This document shows positions 9,768 to 17,665 of a stretch of DNA of 64,000 nucleotides, one piece after another. The notes beneath the pieces were generated by a model. The model did no database searches and was not told the origin of the DNA. It saw only the letters and a program-made list of their open reading frames with translations. Origin of the DNA: a virus; the IMG/VR virus record IMGVR_UViG_3300010361_000003, positions 5,470 to 69,469 of that record, one strand, 5' to 3'. The position numbers and the translations under genes are program-made. How positions within the stretch are numbered: position 1 is the first letter of the stretch; each line of letters begins with the position of its first letter.

Positions 9768-10037
9768 ATGGCACCAATGGCAAATTTTAGAACGGCAGGC
9801 GGCAGTGTCAGTGCTGCTGGGCGGCAGGAAGCCGAGAAGAAGGGTCAGACCCAGCCGGGCACGGACAAGTTTCCCATTCGCAACAAGAGCGATCTTGAGA
9901 ACGCCAAGTCGTCGTTTGGCCGGTCCAATACACCGGGAGCTACCAGGCGATGGATCAACAAGCGCGCCAAGGAGTTGGGCGAACCCTCGATGGGCGGCGA
10001 GAAGAAAAAGTCACGACGCGAGGCACTCTATGGCTAA
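9768..10037 (+). CDS. Basic phage protein (FPI.N..DL.NA....GR, DUF6582-like) with C-terminal RREALYG
   Basis: Motif FPIRNKSDLENAKSSFGR...WINKRAKELG; the start could be 9726. Confidence 0.6.
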   Translation: MAPMANFRTAGGSVSAAGRQEAEKKGQTQPGTDKFPIRNKSDLENAKSSFGRSNTPGATRRWINKRAKELGEPSMGGEKKKSRREALYG

Positions 10038-10524
10038 GAGCAGACGCGAGGCCCTCTACGGCGACAAGGAAGACACCGAGGAGACCAAACCGGCGACCGC
10101 CGAGCAGGCGGCTGAGGATATCGAAAAGCCGGGCGGCACCAGCGCTCGGCACAAGGCCGAGCGGGTGGCGATGCGCGAGCGCCACGAGAAGGCGCGCATG
10201 GCGCTGCACGGCTCGCACCGCGACGAGCACCGGGCACTCGGCGAAGCCCACGAGGCCGAGCACGACGAAGAGGGTGCCGATGTCACGGCACTCCATCGCA
10301 AACACGAGCACGCGGAGCTGGAGATGCTGTCGCGGCACATGCGTGGCCGCGGCGATCTTGCTGCAACGCAACATGGCGAGCGGCACGCGATGCACTCCAA
10401 GCACGAGATGGAGCAATTGCAGGAGCACGCCCGCGGTGAGGCGGCAGTCGCCGGCGATACTCCCCCCGGCGAAGGCGGGGCGGCGCAGCCCGAGCGCATG
10501 CGCCGTGAGCCGGAAGGAGCCTGA
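10030..10524 (+). CDS. His/Glu/Arg-rich helical protein with N-terminal RREALYG
   Basis: Starts MAKSRREALYG overlapping the previous gene; repeated (R/K)H..E units. Confidence 0.65.
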   Translation: MAKSRREALYGDKEDTEETKPATAEQAAEDIEKPGGTSARHKAERVAMRERHEKARMALHGSHRDEHRALGEAHEAEHDEEGADVTALHRKHEHAELEMLSRHMRGRGDLAATQHGERHAMHSKHEMEQLQEHARGEAAVAGDTPPGEGGAAQPERMRREPEGA

Positions 10525-10526
10525 TC

Positions 10527-10952
10527 ATGGCTAAGTGGGTAGCCCTTGAGTTGAACGACGAAGAAAAATATGACGCCCAGATGCCGCTGCCAATGGAGCG
10601 GCCGGATTATCCCTGCGGGCTCTGTCTCTCCTTTAACAGACAGACCATCGAAAAACTGGGGATCGAGGAGCTGCCCGATGTCGGTGATTTGCTCGACATG
10701 CGCTGCTTTATGGAAGTCACTCACGTCAGCGATGGCCCGGGCGGTCAATGCTTTGAGACGCAGATCACGATGATCCTCTCGCCGGTCGAGAACGAGACCA
10801 CCGAGATGCCCGAAGCGACCGAGAGAGAGCCAGAGTATGCGATACCGGAGCATGCTCTTGAGCGTGAGGCACCGCTGATGGAGCGCCGCCCGCGCGCCGC
10901 CCAGCGGCTTTACCGCAAGAGCAGCAAATATGATCAGCTGTTGGTGAAGTGA
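10527..10952 (+). CDS. Capsid staple-like protein (epsilon15 gp10-like)
   Basis: GGAG RBS; YP.GL.LS.....EKLGI.ELP.VGD and QIT.M motifs. Confidence 0.65.
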   Translation: MAKWVALELNDEEKYDAQMPLPMERPDYPCGLCLSFNRQTIEKLGIEELPDVGDLLDMRCFMEVTHVSDGPGGQCFETQITMILSPVENETTEMPEATEREPEYAIPEHALEREAPLMERRPRAAQRLYRKSSKYDQLLVK

Positions 10953-11410
10953 TGGACGGCAGACAACCCGACGACCCCACCGTCTTTGGCAGCGATTACC
11001 CGGCCCGCGCAGACCAGCGCACGCACATCGATACCACCAACCGCAACCCGGAAGGCTACAGCCCGGCTTGGCTGCCGGGTGCCGCGCGCTGGCATCCGCC
11101 GGAGGATTTTGAACCGAGGAGACCCATCATGGCAGGTGAGCGCAAATCCTATCAGCTGCTCGAACCGGCTTACCTCAACGATCGCATCGTGCCGCAAGGC
11201 GAGGTGGTCTGGATGACCGAGGAGGAGGTCGGGCAGGCCAAGCATTTTCTCGCCGTGACGATCCGCGAGCGCGTCGAGGAGGGGCTCGAACACGCGGCTG
11301 AATTGGTCGAGACGGTCAAGGAGGAGCACCCCGCGGAGTTCGCCAAGGTCGCCGAGGAAGTCAAAAGAGAGGACGAGCCGCCACCGGCCCCACGCGGAGG
11401 CAAGCGCTGA
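10949..11410 (+). CDS. Hypothetical protein
   Basis: Coupled ORF; the true start may be the RBS-preceded MAGERK ATG at 11129. Confidence 0.45.
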   Translation: MMDGRQPDDPTVFGSDYPARADQRTHIDTTNRNPEGYSPAWLPGAARWHPPEDFEPRRPIMAGERKSYQLLEPAYLNDRIVPQGEVVWMTEEEVGQAKHFLAVTIRERVEEGLEHAAELVETVKEEHPAEFAKVAEEVKREDEPPPAPRGGKR

Positions 11411-14400
11411 ATGAAGCTTCTAGCGCTCTTTGCGCTTCTCCTCCCGACCGCCGCCTGGGCGCAGGGTGCGGTGCAGCAAGTCGGCCCCGGCCCGCAAGGG
11501 CACATGCCGGTCTATTCGAGCCCGGGCTTTGGCGCGACGCAGATCCAGGACATGGGTGCCGCCGGCGGTCCCGGTATCGGTGCGGCCGAGTACCTGCAGA
11601 TCAACCGCGCCACCGGGACCGGGCCGTTCAACTCGCACAACTGTATGTACGGCAATCCGCCGGGCGGCGGCACGCCGGGACCGACCAATCAAAACGGGTA
11701 TTATTTCCTCTGCCTTGACGCTGATGCCGCCACGCCGCTCGGCCCCGGCGGGCTGATCTCGTTTGGTGCGGGAGGTCTGGCGCCGCAGATCCCGCTGGTG
11801 CTCAACATCAACGGCGAGAACGCGACCTTTGGCGGGAGCGGGACGCTGCTGCCGGCGCTGCCGCAATACAAGATGTTTGTCGGCAATGCCCAGAACCAGG
11901 CCTCGACCTATGGTCCGGCCACCCTGACGCCAAACCTCTTTCAGCTCAATTTTAATGCCGTCACGCCGTCGACTTCGCTATTGGCAAACTCAAATTTCCA
12001 GTTTGTCGCTCCCGATGGTGCCACAGCCGGGATGGAACTCGACTCGTTTGGTGGCACGGGATTGTTTGAGGGCGTGTGCGCGGCGGGGACGGGGGCGGCA
12101 CCACAGGCGGTGCAAAGCGGGGCGAATTGCCTGGCCTTGCGCAGCTGGCAGTACAACGGCGCGCAATATGTCCGCAACGGCGGCATCGTCTTTGCCTCAG
12201 CCGAAAATCAAAGCCCCGGGCATGCCGGCTCGCAGATTTCGTTTTGGACGACACCCAACGGTTCCTCGACCGCCGTCGATGTCATGCACATCGGCAATCA
12301 AGGTGGTTTGGTATTGCCGGCGAGTGTGACCGGCGGTTCGCAAGGCGCCGGCACGATGAATGTCAGCGGCGGCTATTATGTCAACGGGCTGCCGGTGCCG
12401 ACACTCCTGGGCAAGAACCAAGCGCCGCTGCCGCCGCCATTTGCCGGCACCGCCTTACAGATCTCGGCTCCGGATGGGGTCAACCCCGGTCTTGATCTCT
12501 ATGCGTTTGGCGGGGTCGGAGCCTCCTTTCGCGGCGCCTGTGCCAATGGCACCGGGGCCATCCCATCGGCCTTCCCGCAGGCGGTTTGCACCCGTCTCCA
12601 AGAATTTCTCTATGACGGTGCCAATTGGATCGGGCCGCTTGCCGCGATCACAATGGGTGCCGCGGAGCAGCAATCCGTTGGGCATGGCGGCTCCTACGTT
12701 GATGTCATGACGACGCTGATCGGCACCACGACCGAGGCCGATGTGCTGCGGTTTGAGAACAATGGCGGGATCACGATCCCGAGCACGGTTACCGGAGGAA
12801 ACAAAGGTCCGGGCACGCTCAATTCGCAGGGCGGGTATTTTGTTCAAGGCAACCCGGTGCTGACGCTCAAGAGCCCGCAGAACCCGGTGTCACCGCTGCC
12901 GATCGGCGGCACCATCCTGCAGATCTCCGGTCTTGATAATGTGCAGCCGGGGATCGAGCTCAACTCGTTTGGCGTTGACGGCACCAATGCTCTCGTCGGA
13001 GCCCCCTATCGCACGACATGCGCCCGCGGCACGGGGGCTGCACCGTCAGCCTTGCTGGCAGGTGACAGCTGCGGACGCTTCAACTCGTATTTCTACAACG
13101 GTGCCAATTACGTGCTCGCGGCACGGATCACGATGTCGACATCCGAGTTGCAGACCGGCACCCACTCCGGCTCGCAAATCGACATTCAGACCACCCCAAA
13201 CGGCACGACGACACCGCAGATCGTGACCCGATTTGGCAATGATGGCGGGATTTCCGTGCCGGCGAGTGTGCTCGGCGGCGATCTCGGGTCGGGCACGATC
13301 AACGCGATGAACCTATTCATTCAGGGTCACCCGGTCCCGCCCTTGCTCGCGACCAATCCAAACCCGCTGCCGACACCGGGGACGGGTGCGATCATGCAGC
13401 TGAGCGGCCCCGATGGCACGGCGCCAACGATCGAGGTCTATGGCTTTGGCGGTGCCCCGGGATTGCGGGCATTTTGTGCCGGCGGCACCGGGGCGGCCCC
13501 GAGCGGAGTGCTGATCGGCAGTATCTGCTCGCGCTCCGATCAAGCGTTCTTTTTTAACGGTGCGAGCTATGTCGGCCCGCTGACCAACATCCGCGCGCTC
13601 GCGGCAGAGAACCAGACCTCGGGGCATGGCGGCACGGCTATCGATTTTATGACGACGCCGATCGGACAGACCACCGAGGCTGAGGTGCTCAAGCTGGAAA
13701 ACGACGGCGGGATCACGGTTCCCGGCAATGTGTCGGGCGGCGACATGGGGCCGGGCACGGTCAATGTCTCGGGCGGGTATTTTGTCAACGGCACCAGGGT
13801 TCCCTCTCTGCTCGCGCAATCCCCCGGCCCGCTGCCGCCACCGCTGACCGGAACGGTGCTGCAGTTGGGTGGTCCGGATGGCAACCTGGTCGCGATGGAG
13901 CTCGATGCCTTTGGCCCCAGCGGTGTCGCGCTGCAGGCGGTATGTGCGGGTGGCACCGCAGCGGTCCCGACCCCGGTGCTCCAAGATGCCTCCTGCGGGC
14001 GAGTGCAAAACTGGTTCTATAACGGTGTCAGCTATGTGCAGGGCGCCAAGGTGTCGGTGCATGCCGCGGAAAATCAGTCGGTCGGTCACGCTGGCTCGTA
14101 TATCCTGCTGCAGACGGTCCCGGTTGGTAGCACGACAATCCAGGATGTGGTGCGGATTCAGGCATCTGGTGGCCTCACCATGCCGCCAACCGTGGCTGGC
14201 GGCGATCCGGGCTTGGGGGCCATCAACGCGCAGGATCTTCGGATCAACGGTGTATCGGTAGCCTCAACCCGCACCACCTTTACCCCGACCCTGACCGCTG
14301 ATGGCGGCGGCACGCCGACCTATAATCTTGGCGGCACCTGGGGTCAGATTGTCGGCGCGCAGGGAAGCTATACCGTTTACGCCCGTGTAGCGCTGACCGG

Positions 14401-14665
14401 GGTCGGCACCTTGGCCGGAGCCAATCTGCGAATTGCCGGTCTGCCGATCAGTCAGAACCCGGCCTTTTCGGCGAGCTGCGCGATCGGCATCGTCGGTTCA
14501 ACGGTACTCTCAACTGGCTATACGCAATTTGGCGCGCTGATCCCGACCGCGGGCAATTTTATCAATCTTGAGCAGTTTGGCAGCAATGTCCCATTTGTGA
14601 ATCTGAATGCCTCGGCATTGACCGCGACGAGCGTGTTCAGTGTCAATTGTCGGGTGGCGCAATGA
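11411..14665 (+). CDS. Large fibre/adhesin-like protein with signal peptide and five ~150-aa repeats
   Basis: MKLLALFALLLPTAAWA|Q; five repeats each with CA.GT.A.P...C and GG..G.GT.N..G; C-terminal 'TFTPTL...I.GLP' phage fibre tip module. Confidence 0.8.
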   Translation: MKLLALFALLLPTAAWAQGAVQQVGPGPQGHMPVYSSPGFGATQIQDMGAAGGPGIGAAEYLQINRATGTGPFNSHNCMYGNPPGGGTPGPTNQNGYYFLCLDADAATPLGPGGLISFGAGGLAPQIPLVLNINGENATFGGSGTLLPALPQYKMFVGNAQNQASTYGPATLTPNLFQLNFNAVTPSTSLLANSNFQFVAPDGATAGMELDSFGGTGLFEGVCAAGTGAAPQAVQSGANCLALRSWQYNGAQYVRNGGIVFASAENQSPGHAGSQISFWTTPNGSSTAVDVMHIGNQGGLVLPASVTGGSQGAGTMNVSGGYYVNGLPVPTLLGKNQAPLPPPFAGTALQISAPDGVNPGLDLYAFGGVGASFRGACANGTGAIPSAFPQAVCTRLQEFLYDGANWIGPLAAITMGAAEQQSVGHGGSYVDVMTTLIGTTTEADVLRFENNGGITIPSTVTGGNKGPGTLNSQGGYFVQGNPVLTLKSPQNPVSPLPIGGTILQISGLDNVQPGIELNSFGVDGTNALVGAPYRTTCARGTGAAPSALLAGDSCGRFNSYFYNGANYVLAARITMSTSELQTGTHSGSQIDIQTTPNGTTTPQIVTRFGNDGGISVPASVLGGDLGSGTINAMNLFIQGHPVPPLLATNPNPLPTPGTGAIMQLSGPDGTAPTIEVYGFGGAPGLRAFCAGGTGAAPSGVLIGSICSRSDQAFFFNGASYVGPLTNIRALAAENQTSGHGGTAIDFMTTPIGQTTEAEVLKLENDGGITVPGNVSGGDMGPGTVNVSGGYFVNGTRVPSLLAQSPGPLPPPLTGTVLQLGGPDGNLVAMELDAFGPSGVALQAVCAGGTAAVPTPVLQDASCGRVQNWFYNGVSYVQGAKVSVHAAENQSVGHAGSYILLQTVPVGSTTIQDVVRIQASGGLTMPPTVAGGDPGLGAINAQDLRINGVSVASTRTTFTPTLTADGGGTPTYNLGGTWGQIVGAQGSYTVYARVALTGVGTLAGANLRIAGLPISQNPAFSASCAIGIVGSTVLSTGYTQFGALIPTAGNFINLEQFGSNVPFVNLNASALTATSVFSVNCRVAQ

Positions 14666-15237
14666 TCTCGGCGGATGTTGTGAATCGTGCGATCCAACTG
14701 ATCGGCGACAATCAGCCGGCGGTCACCGGGACCGGGACTTACCCTGACCCGAGCTTTGATCTCACCCCGGCCGGGCTCGCGGCTCAGGCTTGCTATGTCG
14801 GTGTCGTCAACACAGTCGGACGCCAGTTCGGGTGGGATTTCTCGCGCCGCCATGTGCTACTGACCCTGACCGGGGGCACCCCGGAATCGCCGTGGATCTA
14901 TGAGTATTTCTACCCCGCCAACGGCATTCAGGTGCGCCAGCTGATCCCGCTTGGGGTCGACCCGCTCAACCCGCTGCCGGTGCGCTGGGTCGTCGCCAAT
15001 GACAGCTTTGGCGCCGGCAATGTCAAAGTGATCCTGACCGTGGTCCCGGTGACCACGGCGGTGTTCTCCAATCAGGTCGATGAGAATTTGTGGGATGCCG
15101 GGTTTACCGAGGCGGTGGTGCGGCTGCTCTCGGATTATCTGGCGATGGCGCTGGCCGGGCGCCCGGAAACCTCGCGCATGGCGCTGGAGAATGCTGGGAT
15201 GTTCACCAGCGCCAGCATGGAAAGGGTGGATAACTAA
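14662..15237 (+). CDS. Tail adaptor (tail tubular protein A, T7 gp11/Bbp14-like) paralogue 1
   Basis: N.A...IG, W.F, PW.YEY.YP, WD..F.EA....L motifs; upstream of the nozzle. Confidence 0.7.
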   Translation: MISADVVNRAIQLIGDNQPAVTGTGTYPDPSFDLTPAGLAAQACYVGVVNTVGRQFGWDFSRRHVLLTLTGGTPESPWIYEYFYPANGIQVRQLIPLGVDPLNPLPVRWVVANDSFGAGNVKVILTVVPVTTAVFSNQVDENLWDAGFTEAVVRLLSDYLAMALAGRPETSRMALENAGMFTSASMERVDN

Positions 15238-15797
15238 TGCTCTCGCTCGCTTCTCCCGAAGATGTCGTCAATGATGCGCTGGTGCGGATCGGCTGGAAGT
15301 TCCGCATCGGCTCGCTCTATGATGGCACGCTGGCGGCCAAGACCGCGCTGCAGATCTATTCGCAGACCCGTGATGCGCTGTTGCGCTCGGCGACCTGGGG
15401 GTTTGCCGAGGTCATCGTGCCGGGGGTCGCACTGCCGGGAGCGACCCCGCCGATCCCGTGGACCAATGTCTTTGAGTATCCCGACAATTGTCTGAGGCTG
15501 CGTGACATCTATTCGGCCTCCTACCTGCGCAACAATCCGACCCCCAATCTCTGGACCCTGCTCAATCCGGGTGACGGAACCGGGATCTCGATTGCCTGCT
15601 ATCTTAATGATCCGCTGCTCGTCTACACGCGCCAGGTCCATGACCCGCGGCTATGGGAGAGCATGTTCACCGAGCTCCTATGCGCGCGGCTGGGGCGGCT
15701 GATGGCCCCGGCGCTGGCCTCGATCGATCAGACCAAGGTCGGGGCCGAGGATGAGAAGATGGGCGAGGAAGCCGCTGTGAATGTGCCGACCGGATGA
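15237..15797 (+). CDS. Tail adaptor paralogue 2
   Basis: N.AL.RIG, Y...RD.LLR...W.FA, YP..CLR, VYT..V.DP..W...F.E. Confidence 0.75.
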   Translation: MLSLASPEDVVNDALVRIGWKFRIGSLYDGTLAAKTALQIYSQTRDALLRSATWGFAEVIVPGVALPGATPPIPWTNVFEYPDNCLRLRDIYSASYLRNNPTPNLWTLLNPGDGTGISIACYLNDPLLVYTRQVHDPRLWESMFTELLCARLGRLMAPALASIDQTKVGAEDEKMGEEAAVNVPTG

Positions 15798-16474
15798 CGA
15801 CACCGCTCTCCACCCCCGAGCATATCTGCAACAACGCGCTCGATCGCATTGGCTACAAGGGGCCAGCGATCGGCAATATGAACGAGGGCACGCTCGCCTC
15901 AAAGGTCGCGATCAGCCTCTACGGGCAGACCCGCGAGGAATTGCTGCGCCAGCAGGATTGGGGATTTGCCGAGCGCAACACCAACCTGCGGCTCTTAAAG
16001 ACCGCGCCGGCGGGCGGGTATCTGCGCCCGTGGGACTCGAGCATCGATCCGATCCTGCCATGGCGCTATGAGTACGCCTACCCCGACGATTGCATAAAGG
16101 TACGCTCGATTCGTCAGGCCCCGGTGCTGATCCCAAACTATGACCCGCAGCCGCGGACCTATCGCATCGCCGAGGATGACCGTCTGATCGATCCGCTCTT
16201 GAGCACCTCGCGGGTGATCCTGACCAATGTCGCCTATGCCGTGCTGGTCTACACCGGCGAGGTCAACAATCCGCTCAACTGGGAGCCGCTCTTTACCGAG
16301 ACCCTGTGCGCCGCCCTCGCCAAACGCTTCTCGGAGGCGCTCGCCAAGCTTGAGCCAGCCTTGCCGATTGCCGAGCAAGCCGGATTGCGCCGCGGCGAGA
16401 GCCCCGAGATCTACCGGCTACAGACGGCTGAGGAGGTCGCCCTTGGCCAGATTGCGGAGCGTATTCAGGGATGA
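15794..16474 (+). CDS. Tail adaptor paralogue 3
   Basis: ICNNALDRIG, LLR..DW.FA, PW.YEYAYP.DC, ILTN...LVYT..V..P..W.PLF. Confidence 0.8.
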   Translation: MTTPLSTPEHICNNALDRIGYKGPAIGNMNEGTLASKVAISLYGQTREELLRQQDWGFAERNTNLRLLKTAPAGGYLRPWDSSIDPILPWRYEYAYPDDCIKVRSIRQAPVLIPNYDPQPRTYRIAEDDRLIDPLLSTSRVILTNVAYAVLVYTGEVNNPLNWEPLFTETLCAALAKRFSEALAKLEPALPIAEQAGLRRGESPEIYRLQTAEEVALGQIAERIQG

Positions 16475-16630
16475 ACATTGATTGGAATAAGACGAACAAG
16501 CTGCGCGAGGATCTGATCCACGCCTACCTGGTAATGTGGGCCAATTACGAATGCAATCCATCACCAGAATTGGCGCGGTGCATTCAGGAGCAAATAAAGA
16601 AAATCGAGACGGCACCGTGGGTGCTCCAGG

Positions 16631-16742
16631 GATGAAAGATACCGCATTCTGGGTGATCGCGATCATCCTGGCCCTGGTCATAATCGGGGTCGGCCTTGAG
16701 GCATGGCGCTATTACCGCGGCAAGCCGCCGAGGCGTGAATGA
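16631..16742 (+). CDS. Small single-TM membrane protein
   Basis: MKDTAFWVIAIILALVIIGVGL.. hydrophobic stretch with a basic tail. Confidence 0.4.
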
Positions 16743-17665
16743 GCGATCCCGCGACCATCGCCAACCGCGTGCTTGATGCGATCGGCTGGGAAGGCCCCTC
16801 GATCGGCGATCTTGAGGAAGGCACCGAGCAGGCCCGCCCGATCCTGCGCGCCTATGGCAATGATCTGCGGCAATTGCTGCGGACGGCCAATTGGAATTTC
16901 GCCCGCAAGCAGGCGCCGATGCAGCTGCTCGCGGATGCAACCGGCCAGACACAGGGTGTCGGCACGATCGTTCCGCCACCTTGGGTCTACGAATACGCCT
17001 GGCCGATCGACTGCGTGCGCGCCCGGTTTGTCCCGCACAATCCCGGGGCAATGCAGAATGTGCCGCAATTCACCGGCTCATTCCCGACCGTGCAAGGGCC
17101 GCCGATACCGGGCACGGTCAGCATGACCGGACTCAATGTCATTACCGCCAACAATGTACGGCTGGTGCCGGCGCGCTTTCTCGTCACTCTCGACTACAAC
17201 TACCCGACGACGATCGGGGCGATCACCGATTGGTCGCAGCTCTCCGACCTCAAGACTGGAGAGGGCGACGGCGGCACCCAGCGCACGGTGATCCTGACCA
17301 ATGTGCGAAACGCCAGCCTGATTTACACGGCGCTCGTCGTAAATCCGGCCGAAATGGATAATTTGTTCGTTGAGGCTTTCGTGCAGTTGCTTGCCTCGCG
17401 CGTGGCGCTGAGCTTGACCAAGGACAAGAAATACGCGCTCGCGATCCGGGCGCAGGCGATAGCTTCGTGCAAGGACGCGATCAAAGAGGCGCGCGTCAGC
17501 GACGGCAACGAGAATTGGGCGACGACCGAGCACATGCCGGACTTTTTGCGCATCCGCAGCGCCGGCCCCTCCTTTAACATGCAATACGGCTGGTGGGGTG
17601 ATGGCCCCGGCACCTTTGGCTATGGCTGGGATACCATCAGCTTTGGTGACGGCTCGGCCTACTAG
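16739..17665 (+). CDS. Tail adaptor paralogue 4 (longest, with insertion)
   Basis: IANR.LD.IG, LLR...WNFA, W.YEYAWP.DC, ILTN..A.LIYT, F.EA....LA. Confidence 0.8.
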   Translation: MSDPATIANRVLDAIGWEGPSIGDLEEGTEQARPILRAYGNDLRQLLRTANWNFARKQAPMQLLADATGQTQGVGTIVPPPWVYEYAWPIDCVRARFVPHNPGAMQNVPQFTGSFPTVQGPPIPGTVSMTGLNVITANNVRLVPARFLVTLDYNYPTTIGAITDWSQLSDLKTGEGDGGTQRTVILTNVRNASLIYTALVVNPAEMDNLFVEAFVQLLASRVALSLTKDKKYALAIRAQAIASCKDAIKEARVSDGNENWATTEHMPDFLRIRSAGPSFNMQYGWWGDGPGTFGYGWDTISFGDGSAY

